In this document: piece by piece, positions 1 through 7,602 of the stretch
Numbering within the stretch: position 1 is the stretch's first letter
Layout: each line of letters starts with the position of its first letter
Source of the DNA: Nitrospira japonica
GTDB taxonomy: Bacteria; Nitrospirota; Thermodesulfovibrionia; Thermodesulfovibrionales; SM23-35
NCBI GenBank assembly: GCA_020725385.1
Contig: DYFC01000055.1
Coordinates: forward strand, 1-43,806
Reading direction: 5' to 3'
Length of the DNA: 43,806 nucleotides
Notes under the pieces: generated by a model
Database searches by the model: none
What the model was told of the DNA's origin: nothing
Seen by the model: only the letters and a program-made list of their open reading frames with translations
Made by a program: the position numbers and the translations under genes

Positions 1-140
1 AATATTACTAAGCTACAAAATAAACTTATGGGATTGGTTACATCAAAAAACAATATAAAAAAGAAAGGTAATTTCGTTTATAATTTTAATGAGGCAACAG
101 AGAAACTTTTCGTTTAGATTTTTATGTGAGGCAACAGGTA
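1..140 (+). mobile_element. Right end of IS-like DDE/rve integrase element (transposase C-terminus 1-117 plus two tandem terminal repeat units)
   Basis: Frame 1 reads NITKLQNKLMGLVTSKNNIKKKGNFVYNFNEATEKLFV* (TAG 115-117), homologous to the C-terminus of 17006..18268 (ITKLQNKL...NFVYNFNEAT). Two TTTCGTTTA...TGAGGCAAC units. Confidence 0.9.
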
Positions 141-240
141 GAATACCAGAATTCTATTATATTTAAAACACGGGGTGAAGGAAAACAACAAACCAAACAT
201 ATGTATAGCAATTCTGTTTTTTATGGAGTATTATAAAAAT

Positions 241-672
241 ATGTTAAACACTCAGAAAAACATTCCGAGTTCAATTGATCTCGAAAGAGCCGAGAGGCTC
301 AGGGAAGTTTTTGAAATACTCGGTGATTTAAATGACAGCGTGCCTGTTATTGTAGAAGGGAAAAAAGATGAGTCAGCTTTGAGGGAACTCGGGCTTAATG
401 GCGAAATTATTAAACTTCATGCAGGGAAAAATTTATACGATTTTTGTGATGATATTCTAAGAAAGTTCAACAGGGTTATCCTGCTACTCGACTGGGATAG
501 AAGAGGCGAAGAATTGTGCAAATCTCTTTCAAAATATTTAAAGGGCCATTATGAGGAATTTTCTTCTTTCAGGGAACTTTTAAAAATTTTATGTCAGAAG
601 GAAATCTATGCAATTGAAGGCATTCCAAAACTTCTTAAAAGGCTCGAAGGAAACGAAGGACCTTGGCAGTAA
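241..672 (+). CDS. Small Toprim-domain protein (UPF0292/RNase M5-like)
   Basis: Toprim motifs VIVEGKKD and LLDWDRRG. ORF track starts at 175; ATG 241 preferred (TATTAT 229-234 just upstream). Confidence 0.8.
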   Translation: MLNTQKNIPSSIDLERAERLREVFEILGDLNDSVPVIVEGKKDESALRELGLNGEIIKLHAGKNLYDFCDDILRKFNRVILLLDWDRRGEELCKSLSKYLKGHYEEFSSFRELLKILCQKEIYAIEGIPKLLKRLEGNEGPWQ

Positions 673-1003
673 AGGCGAGGATATTGCCACAAGTTATCTG
701 AAGAAAAAAGGCTATCGAATAATAGCAAGAAACTATAAAACAAGTTCGGGCGAGATTGATATTATTGCGGAAGATAGAGAGACTATAGTCTTCATTGAAG
801 TAAAAACAAGAGCGGATTATTCTTTTGGTTATCCATATGAAGCAGTTCATTACAAGAAACGTCAGAAATTAAAGAATCTTGCTTTGTTGTATATGAAGAA
901 AATAGGCAGGGAAGTTCCCGTAAGATTTGATGTTCTAAGCATAATGCAGAATCATAAAGGCAGGTTTGAGATAGAACACATCACAGATGCATTCGAAGTA
1001 TAG
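608..1003 (+). CDS. yraN: YraN/UPF0102 family putative endonuclease
   Basis: LGSKGEDIA..YL..KGY.I..RN, GEIDII, VFIEVKTR, RFDV, HITDAF. Start uncertain; overlaps upstream gene. Confidence 0.9.
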   Translation: MQLKAFQNFLKGSKETKDLGSKGEDIATSYLKKKGYRIIARNYKTSSGEIDIIAEDRETIVFIEVKTRADYSFGYPYEAVHYKKRQKLKNLALLYMKKIGREVPVRFDVLSIMQNHKGRFEIEHITDAFEV

Positions 1004-1013
1004 AAATCCTATA

Positions 1014-1670
1014 TCATGTAATCTCTGTGTGTCTTATCATTTTACCCTTGCACATGTAAATAATCATTTCACAGATATTTGTAGCGTGATCTGCTATTCT
1101 CTCAAGGTACTTCGCTATGTAGGTTCTTTTAACCGCCACAGGAATATTTTTAGGATCCTTTATCATAAAGGCAAGTAGTTCCTCAAAGTTTTTTACTGTA
1201 AGCTCATCAACCTCATCATCTCTTTTAATAACTTCATATGGAAGTCTTGAACAGCCGGTAACGAATGAGTCAAGTGAATCCCGGACCATTGATTGTGTAA
1301 TTTCTGCCATTTTTGGTATGTTCACAAAAGGTTTCAATTGTGGTTCCTGATTAAGCTCAATGGCTCTTTCAGCTATGTTTACTGCGAGGTCACCCATTCT
1401 TTCGAGATCTGTTGTTATTTTCATCGCAGTTGTAATTAATCTTAAATCCCTTGCCATTGGTTGTCTGAGAGCAATAAGCCTTACACATTCTTCATCGATT
1501 TTAACATCAAGAGCATTTACCAGATGGTCTCTTTTAATAACCTGCTTTGCAAGTTCGGTGTCCCTCTCAACAAGCGATTTAACAGAATCACGTATAGCAT
1601 TCTCGACCATATACCCGAGTTTGAGAATGTTTTCCCTTAATTCATTCAATTCATTTTCAAAAATAGACAT
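1014..1670 (-). CDS. phoU: Phosphate signalling protein PhoU
   Basis: QPMARDLR, DLERMGDLA, RDDEVD, YLERIADHATNI; directly downstream of pstB. Confidence 0.97.
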   Translation of the reverse strand: MSIFENELNELRENILKLGYMVENAIRDSVKSLVERDTELAKQVIKRDHLVNALDVKIDEECVRLIALRQPMARDLRLITTAMKITTDLERMGDLAVNIAERAIELNQEPQLKPFVNIPKMAEITQSMVRDSLDSFVTGCSRLPYEVIKRDDEVDELTVKNFEELLAFMIKDPKNIPVAVKRTYIAKYLERIADHATNICEMIIYMCKGKMIRHTEIT

Positions 1671-2434
1671 TATCCAAATCTCCCTGTAATATATTCTTCT
1701 GTTAACTTATTAGCAGGATTCACAAAAATAGTATCGGTATTTCCGAATTCAATCAATTCACCAAGATACATAAAGGCAGTATAATGTGATATTCTTGCTG
1801 CCTGCTGCATGTTATGGGTTACTATTACTATAGTAACAGTTTTCTGTAATTCCTGTAGAAGATTTTCAATATGTGCTGTAGATATCGGGTCAAGAGCAGA
1901 TGTAGGCTCATCGAAAAGTATCACTTCCGGTTGTTGTGCAAGCGAACGGGCAATGCAAAGTCTTTGCATCTGTCCGCCTGACAGGCTTAACCCTGAATCA
2001 TTCAATTTGTCTTTAACTTCTTTCCATAGATCAGCTTTTATCAAAGCTTGCTCGACTATCTCATCAAGAGCGCTTTTCTTTTTTATTCCACGAAGCTTTG
2101 GACCATATGCTACATTTTCATATACTGAACTCGGAAAAGGATTGGGTTTTTGGAAAACCATTCCTACCCTCCGCCTTAATTCAATTACATCTGTATTTTT
2201 ATCGTAAATGTCGATATTATGAAAAAGCATTTGACCTGATGTCCTCGAAGAAGTTATAAGATCATTCATTCTATTCATCGCTCTAAGCAATGTAGATTTT
2301 CCACAGCCTGAAGGACCTATAATGGCAGTTATTCTATTGCTGCTTATATTTAAATTAACATCTTTAACTGCCTGAAAATCTCCATACCATACATTGAAGT
2401 TTTTTATCTCAAAAATATTTTTTTCTTCTACCAT
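1670..2434 (-). CDS. pstB: Phosphate ABC transporter ATPase
   Basis: [36 protein letters not shown]-terminal YITGRFG. Confidence 0.97.
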   Translation of the reverse strand: MVEEKNIFEIKNFNVWYGDFQAVKDVNLNISSNRITAIIGPSGCGKSTLLRAMNRMNDLITSSRTSGQMLFHNIDIYDKNTDVIELRRRVGMVFQKPNPFPSSVYENVAYGPKLRGIKKKSALDEIVEQALIKADLWKEVKDKLNDSGLSLSGGQMQRLCIARSLAQQPEVILFDEPTSALDPISTAHIENLLQELQKTVTIVIVTHNMQQAARISHYTAFMYLGELIEFGNTDTIFVNPANKLTEEYITGRFG

Positions 2435-3327
2435 GCTCTCTTTTTTCTCTGTTTTAATCTCAAGATTATTCCGAGAAGATTCATTGCAAGAACTATGACA
2501 ATTAATACAAGCGCTGTACCATACTGAATCGGCCTTGTTTCTTCAATATGCGTCCCGGCAGTGGCAAGCACATAAATGTGATAGGGCAATGCCATAACCG
2601 GTTCAAAAACAGAACGTGGAACTCCCGGGCTGAAAAAGGCTGCTGCTGTAAACATAATAGGCGCTGTTTCACCCGAAACTTTTGCCGTACCAAGTATTGC
2701 TCCTGTAAGAATTCCCGGCATAGCTGTTGGCAGCACAACTTTCCATATAGTCTGCCATTTTGTTGCTCCACATGCAAGAGATGCTTCCTTGAAACTATAT
2801 GGCACTGCTTTCAAAGCTTCCTCTGATGTAGAAATAATATAAGGCAATATCATTATGGCAAGAGTCATTGAACCGGCAAGAAGACTCGTACCGAAGTTTA
2901 GCATAACCACAAAAACTCCAAGACCAAATAAACCAAAAACAACAGATGGTACTCCCGCAAGGGTATAAATAGACATCATTACTGACTTAAGCATGACCCC
3001 GGGTTTTGAGTACTCTGCAAGAAAAATAGCTGTTATTACTCCAACAGGTATAACAAGAACCATACATAAAATTGTAAGCAAGATTGTGCCCATAATTACC
3101 GGGAAAATTCCTCCCTTTGTCATAGCATCTATTGGTGGTTCTGTTATAAATTCCCAGCTTAATACCTGAAATCCGTTATAAAAAACAAAGGATAGAATGA
3201 GAAATAATGTAATAGCTCCTGAAAAACCCAGTGTTCTTATTAAAGAAAGAAAAAAACCCTGTTTAATATTCAACTTTCTTTTACAGGCAAGCTCAAATGG
3301 TTTATTCATATTTTCGATCGTATGCAT
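2428..3327 (-). CDS. pstA: Phosphate ABC transporter permease
   Basis: [34 protein letters not shown]; operon position. Confidence 0.95.
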   Translation of the reverse strand: MHTIENMNKPFELACKRKLNIKQGFFLSLIRTLGFSGAITLFLILSFVFYNGFQVLSWEFITEPPIDAMTKGGIFPVIMGTILLTILCMVLVIPVGVITAIFLAEYSKPGVMLKSVMMSIYTLAGVPSVVFGLFGLGVFVVMLNFGTSLLAGSMTLAIMILPYIISTSEEALKAVPYSFKEASLACGATKWQTIWKVVLPTAMPGILTGAILGTAKVSGETAPIMFTAAAFFSPGVPRSVFEPVMALPYHIYVLATAGTHIEETRPIQYGTALVLIVIVLAMNLLGIILRLKQRKKRAW

Positions 3328-4313
3328 TAGACTTTCTCACCTATCCTGACACTCCGATATTTTCTTGAAATGAAATCCGAAATCATACTCAAAACAAAAG
3401 TAATTAGAAAAAGAATTGCACCAACACCAAACAAAGCGTGATAGTGGAGACTTTTATAAGGAGCTTCTGCCATTTCTGCGGCAATAGCAGCAGGCATCGG
3501 TCGGGCAGCATCAAAAATCCAGTGAGGCACTACCGCTGCACCTCCGGCAACCATGAGGACAATCATTGTTTCTCCAATAATTGTCCCAATCCCGAGAATT
3601 ACAGCAACACTCAAGCCTGAAACAGATGCCGGTATTACAACCTTCCAGATTGTATGCCACTTATCAGCACCTAATGAATATGACGCTTCTCTATAAGTAC
3701 GGGGAACTGCTGTCAATGCATCTTCAGCAATACTTGCGATAACAGGAATTGCCCTTACCGTGAGCATTAAAGATGCAGTGGTAATATTCAAGCCTGAAGC
3801 AATAAATAGTTTGTCATAACAAAAATCAGCAAGTGTTGTTGATATAAACGGCAGATTTGTATTTCTTAACATTTCAGGCAATTTTTCCGAAAGTATTGGA
3901 GAGAGCCAGTTTGAAAGAATTGGTGCTATTATAACCATTCCGAAAAAACCAAGCACAACAGACGGAAAACTCGCCAACATTTCAATCAATGGTTTCAAAA
4001 ATTCTTTAACTTTATGATTTGCGACTTCCGCAATATATATAGCAGTCCCCAGCCCGAGAGGTATAGCCATTATAGAAGTTAGTAAAGTCACAGCAATAGT
4101 GCCTGCAATTAAAGGAAACATTCCAAAATCCGGAGGCTCGTGGGTCGGGTACCATTGAGAACCGAAAATTACACGGATTACCCCTTCTTTATAAAAAATA
4201 TAAAAAGCCTCTTTGAAAAGAAAAAATCCTATCAATAGAAGAACTATAACCGACAATAATCCTATTGAGCTTACACTTATTTCAACTAATCTTTCTTTTG
4301 TCTGCCATTTCAT
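3327..4313 (-). CDS. pstC: Phosphate ABC transporter permease
   Basis: FGMFPLIAGT, EMLASFPSVVLG, EDALTAVP, GETMIV; operon position. Confidence 0.95.
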   Translation of the reverse strand: MKWQTKERLVEISVSSIGLLSVIVLLLIGFFLFKEAFYIFYKEGVIRVIFGSQWYPTHEPPDFGMFPLIAGTIAVTLLTSIMAIPLGLGTAIYIAEVANHKVKEFLKPLIEMLASFPSVVLGFFGMVIIAPILSNWLSPILSEKLPEMLRNTNLPFISTTLADFCYDKLFIASGLNITTASLMLTVRAIPVIASIAEDALTAVPRTYREASYSLGADKWHTIWKVVIPASVSGLSVAVILGIGTIIGETMIVLMVAGGAAVVPHWIFDAARPMPAAIAAEMAEAPYKSLHYHALFGVGAILFLITFVLSMISDFISRKYRSVRIGEKV

Positions 4314-4339
4314 AAATTGAATATATTTATATTAATGAA

Positions 4340-4386
4340 TATAGGGTACAGGGTATAATATTCATAGTTTATCCCTGTACCCTATA
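4340..4386. repeat. 14-bp perfect inverted repeat between pstS and pstC (mRNA-stabilising or attenuating hairpin)
   Basis: TATAGGGTACAGGG 4340-4353 / CCCTGTACCCTATA 4373-4386, 19-nt loop; function inferred from position. Confidence 0.75.
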
Positions 4387-4404
4387 GCGTTATTTGAAAA
4401 AATT

Positions 4405-5220
4405 TTAGTTTATACTCACATATTTTACTTCATTAACAACTTTTTGTCCTTCTTTTGAGAGCATGAAATCAATAAACTTTGCTATATTGCCAGCAGGTTT
4501 TCCATTGGTGTACATAAATAATGGTCTTGCAACAGGCCATGAACCATCTCTTACAGTTTTAGGAGATGCTGTTTTTCCATTAACCATAAGAGGTTTAACT
4601 GTCTTATCAAGATAACCTATTCCAATATATCCAATTGCATATTTATTTTTCGCAACAGTCTGAACAGCCTGACCGTTAGATGCAACAAGCAAAGCATCTG
4701 CTCTGACCTTATCACCTTTTAAAACTTTTTCTTCCCAGACTTCATATGTGCCCGAGCTTGTATCCCTTGAAACTACTGATATTGGTCTATTAGGTCCACC
4801 GAGCTCTTTCCAGCTCGTTATCTTACCATTGTAAATATCCCTTAATTGTTCCAGTGTCAAATCTTTTATATTCATTGAAGGATGAACAACCGGAACTATA
4901 CCATCAAGAGCTATTTTATGGCCTGTTAAAACTATGTTTTTATTTTTTGCAGAATCTATCTCTTTTTCCTTTGCCTCACGGGAACTTGTTGCAATATCTG
5001 TAGTGCCATCTATTAAAGCTTTAATACCGGTACCTGAGCCACTTCCTGAAACATAAACTTTAATATTTGGATTTTTCTTCATAAAAACTTCTGCACCTTT
5101 TTGGGCAATCGGTAAAACTGTAGTCGAACCATCAATCCTGATTTCCTCACCGAACGAGGCGCCAGCAAACAATGTCAATAACATAAAAGACATAACCAAA
5201 ATTACTAATTTCTTCATCAC
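4405..5220 (-). CDS. pstS: Phosphate ABC transporter substrate-binding protein
   Basis: Signal peptide, DGSTTVLP, GSGSGTG, SRDTSSGT, WPVARPLFMY; SD AGGAGG. Confidence 0.97.
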   Translation of the reverse strand: MMKKLVILVMSFMLLTLFAGASFGEEIRIDGSTTVLPIAQKGAEVFMKKNPNIKVYVSGSGSGTGIKALIDGTTDIATSSREAKEKEIDSAKNKNIVLTGHKIALDGIVPVVHPSMNIKDLTLEQLRDIYNGKITSWKELGGPNRPISVVSRDTSSGTYEVWEEKVLKGDKVRADALLVASNGQAVQTVAKNKYAIGYIGIGYLDKTVKPLMVNGKTASPKTVRDGSWPVARPLFMYTNGKPAGNIAKFIDFMLSKEGQKVVNEVKYVSIN

Positions 5221-5236
5221 TTCCTCCTTTTGTTTT

Positions 5237-5291
5237 ACAATACTATCTGTTTGTTACATTAATGTTACAACTTTGTTAAGTTTATGTTACA
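5237..5291 (-). promoter_or_regulatory. Pho-box array (4 units, 11-bp period) and -10 for pstS
   Basis: + strand TGTTACA 5252, TGTTACA 5263, TGTTAAG 5274, TGTTACA 5285; sense -10 TATTGT 5242-5237. Confidence 0.85.
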
Positions 5292-5416
5292 TTACCACCT
5301 CCCTTTTATTTAAAAATTAGATAAATACTTAGTTAAGACATCAAATACACTGAAAAAACTAAATTTCTTCCAATCATTTTTTAAAGATATTATTATTTTT
5401 TTCATTTCCAATAATT

Positions 5417-5521
5417 TTATAAATAAGATTGAAAATAAAAAATATTAGGTTCCATCTTAAAAACAAAGAAAATTGTTATTAATATAAAAACAAATGTCAG
5501 AATCGATAAAAAGAAAACCAT
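5417..5521 (-). CDS. Putative 34-aa single-TM peptide (below ORF-track cutoff)
   Basis: MVFFLSILTFVFILITIFFVFKMEPNIFYFQSYL*; ATG 8 nt after the -10 of a Pho-box promoter, no SD. Confidence 0.35.
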   Translation of the reverse strand: MVFFLSILTFVFILITIFFVFKMEPNIFYFQSYL

Positions 5522-5529
5522 TTAATTGT

Positions 5530-5573
5530 AATATAAGAAAACTTTGTTACAGTAATATTAAAAGGTTGTTAAA
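5530..5573 (-). promoter_or_regulatory. Pho-box array (3 units) and -10
   Basis: + strand TGTTACA 5545, TATTAAA 5556, TGTTAAA 5567; sense -10 TATATT 5535-5530. Confidence 0.7.
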
Positions 5574-5591
5574 TTAAGAAGAAAAATTATT

Positions 5592-5777
5592 TTAACATTG
5601 CGTTGTTAAAACCATTCTATCAATTTCGGTTTTATTAATCCTCAGATTATAAAAAGGGCATTTTTTATAACTGGCTTTTTTACAGTATTCTTTTAACTGA
5701 AATTTGCTTGGACAATACATCTTTTCCTGTGCTTTACACATAAAATTGATGAGTTTAATTAGATGCGGGCATTTCAT
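5592..5777 (-). CDS. Small Cys4 (putative Zn/Fe-binding) hypothetical protein A, 61 aa
   Basis: C3-x10-C14-x17-C32-x7-C40-P; GAGG SD; ATGA overlap with upstream gene; paralog at 7335..7535. Confidence 0.75.
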   Translation of the reverse strand: MKCPHLIKLINFMCKAQEKMYCPSKFQLKEYCKKASYKKCPFYNLRINKTEIDRMVLTTQC

Positions 5778-6064
5778 TGTTTTACCTCGAACAATAATTT
5801 CTGGAAACCTGTTTCTGATGATATTTCCTTAATATAATCTAAAATGTCTACATTATTAGGTTCATACCTTATTATTATATTTCCGTTAAAAGGATTAAGA
5901 TGTATATCTTTAATCCCGCAAGAAGACATAAAAGCTGAAGACTTTTTTAAATTTCTATATGAATAATCCCAGGAAAGTTTTTTAACTAAAGGGGCTTCTA
6001 ATCTGACATAACCTAAAATATCATCATGATATATAATTTTATTCTGAGTGGAAAAACTTTTCAT
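5774..6064 (-). CDS. HMA2-like (heavy-metal-associated fold) stand-alone protein
   Basis: H..LGYVRL...GIKDIHLNPFNGNIIIRYEP resembles the HMA2 pattern; SD GGAGG 6077-6073 favours ATG 6064 over 6079. Confidence 0.6.
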   Translation of the reverse strand: MKSFSTQNKIIYHDDILGYVRLEAPLVKKLSWDYSYRNLKKSSAFMSSCGIKDIHLNPFNGNIIIRYEPNNVDILDYIKEISSETGFQKLLFEVKQ

Positions 6065-6094
6065 ATAAATTTCCTCCATTTTTTAAATTATCTT

Positions 6095-6149
6095 ATTTAA
6101 CCACTCATACCTTACAGGAATATTACAACTATATTAAATATTGGTGAAA
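6095..6149 (-). promoter_or_regulatory. Pho-box-like array (3-4 degenerate units)
   Basis: + strand CCTTACA 6110, TATTACA 6121, TATTAAA 6132, GGTGAAA 6143; -10 position reads TTAAAT (imperfect). Confidence 0.6.
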
Positions 6150-6166
6150 CTTTGAATTAATACGGA

Positions 6167-6192
6167 AAAAGCAAAGAGCTAAGAGCATAGAG
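6167..6192 (+). repeat. 26-bp direct repeat, copy 1 (heptamer-based)
   Basis: AAAAGCAAAGAGCTAAGAGCATAGAG, identical at 6859-6884. Confidence 0.9.
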
Positions 6193-6263
6193 CGAACAAA
6201 ATACCAACATTATTCCGGTTGAATTTTTAATCCAGGGAGATCTGAAGAAAAACGATAGGCTTT

Positions 6264-6611
6264 CTATTTGGAAGAGGTAAGCACCATATCTGATAATTTA
6301 TTTCTGCATGATCTTTTAAGAACATTTTCTCTATTTTCTTTTAATAATTCTTCTATTTCTCTCTCGGCAAGATAACATTTTGCTTCCATTACATTTTTAA
6401 ACTCGGTTTGAACCCATTCCCCTGAAGCATTTAAAGGATTTTTCAAATACACAATCTTTCTGAACTTGTCATATAAAATCTCGGTATTGCTCATGGAAGA
6501 TTTTTCATAACGAAAGTACGGATATAAAAAAGCAAGTGCAACTAATAAAAAACACAATAAGAGTATGAATATCAACATTTTCGTTTTTCTATTTTCAAAG
6601 CTCAGGCTCAT
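6264..6611 (-). CDS. Hypothetical membrane-anchored protein
   Basis: Hydrophobic segment LIFILLLCFLLVALAFLYPYF; sigma54-type promoter upstream; no family recognised. Confidence 0.65.
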   Translation of the reverse strand: MSLSFENRKTKMLIFILLLCFLLVALAFLYPYFRYEKSSMSNTEILYDKFRKIVYLKNPLNASGEWVQTEFKNVMEAKCYLAEREIEELLKENRENVLKRSCRNKLSDMVLTSSK

Positions 6612-6622
6612 AACATCTCATA

Positions 6623-6638
6623 AGCATTTTTTATACCA
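6623..6638 (-). promoter_or_regulatory. Sigma54 -24/-12 promoter
   Basis: Sense TGGTAT-AAAAA-ATGCT with exact GG-N10-GC spacing. Confidence 0.65.
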
Positions 6639-6698
6639 GCATTCTATTTACATAACATACTGTTATTATTCGATTTTTATCCAGTAACCACTCGCTTA

Positions 6699-6715
6699 CT
6701 GACAATTTTTGTCAG
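6699..6715. promoter_or_regulatory. Palindromic candidate enhancer-binding-protein site
   Basis: CTGACAA-TTT-TTGTCAG, about 60-80 bp upstream of the sigma54 promoter. Confidence 0.55.
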
Positions 6716-6780
6716 GCAAAATATGGAAGTTATATGCTTTTATTTATACTGACGAATTTTATGATTAAGACGTTATGTAT

Positions 6781-6824
6781 AGTAGCAAAATTTTAATATT
6801 CCTGTAACATTCCTGTGTTATCTT
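6781..6824 (+). promoter_or_regulatory. Pho-box array (2-3 units) and -10 for arsC
   Basis: AGTAGCA 6781, TTTAATA 6792, TGTAACA 6803; TATCTT 6819-6824, 9 nt after the last unit. Confidence 0.6.
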
Positions 6825-6858
6825 TAAACTTATTACAAAAAAATAAATTTAAAGAGCT

Positions 6859-6884
6859 AAAAGCAAAGAGCTAAGAGCATAGAG
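6859..6884 (+). repeat. 26-bp direct repeat, copy 2
   Basis: Identical to 6167-6192, preceded by an extra AAGAGCT unit. Confidence 0.9.
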
Positions 6885-6925
6885 AAAAAAGTAAAAATTG
6901 ATAATATAAATTCAGGAGGTATTAG

Positions 6926-7333
6926 ATGAAAGTAATGTTTCTTTGTACAGGCAATTCCTGCCGTTCTCAAATGGCAGAAGGATTTGCAAGAGAGCTTGGT
7001 AAAGATAAAATTATTGCTTATAGCGCAGGACTAAATCCTCAGGGGGTCAATCCAAGAGCAGTTGCTGTGATGAAAGAAGCCGGCATTGACATATCTTCAC
7101 AGCAGTCTAAATCTATTGACCCAGAATTATTGAAACAGATGGATATCATAATTACTCTTTGTGATAACGCCGCAGAATCATGCCCTCTTACACCACCAGG
7201 AATAAAAAGAATTCACTGGTCATTGAAAGACCCGGCAAAAGCAGAAGGTACAGAAGAAGAAATCCTGAATGAATTCAGAAAAATTAGAGATGAGATAAAA
7301 TCAAGGATACTTGAGTTGCTTGAAACCGTATAA
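6926..7333 (+). CDS. arsC: Thioredoxin-dependent arsenate reductase (LMW-PTP fold)
   Basis: CTGNSCRSQMAEG P-loop, TLCDNAAESCP, HWSLKDPA; SD AGGAGG. Confidence 0.92.
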   Translation: MKVMFLCTGNSCRSQMAEGFARELGKDKIIAYSAGLNPQGVNPRAVAVMKEAGIDISSQQSKSIDPELLKQMDIIITLCDNAAESCPLTPPGIKRIHWSLKDPAKAEGTEEEILNEFRKIRDEIKSRILELLETV

Positions 7334-7334
7334 A

Positions 7335-7535
7335 TTAAAACTTTTTTCTTAATATCTTTGCAAGGAATATCGGACATTCATCATAGTTATCGGTATTGCA
7401 GCATATTTCTTCTTTTTGCGAATCAAGCACCATTGATGATAAGGATGCTATACAAACGCTGAATTCGTTGTAAGGGCAGGATATGCTATTCATTATGGTT
7501 TCTGGATTTTTCTGACTGATTGTTTCTATGTTCAT
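7335..7535 (-). CDS. Small Cys4 hypothetical protein B, 66 aa
   Basis: C20-x7-C28-x17-C46-x7-C54-P; SD GAGGTG favours ATG 7535 over 7610; paralog of 5592..5777. Confidence 0.75.
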   Translation of the reverse strand: MNIETISQKNPETIMNSISCPYNEFSVCIASLSSMVLDSQKEEICCNTDNYDECPIFLAKILRKKF

Positions 7536-7552
7536 AATCACCTCTTTATAGA

Positions 7553-7596
7553 AAGATAACAAATAAATATTACACGATGATGAAAACCATATTAAA
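7553..7596 (-). promoter_or_regulatory. Pho-box array (3 units) and -10
   Basis: + strand TATTACA 7568, GATGAAA 7579, TATTAAA 7590; sense -10 TATCTT 7558-7553. Confidence 0.65.
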
Positions 7597-7602
7597 TTTA
7601 TA

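Noticed and set aside
635-3620. Short overlapping/antisense ORFs across yraN-pst (likewise within dnd, pbe and glgP)
   Set aside because: They overlap well-supported genes and show no motifs or start signals.
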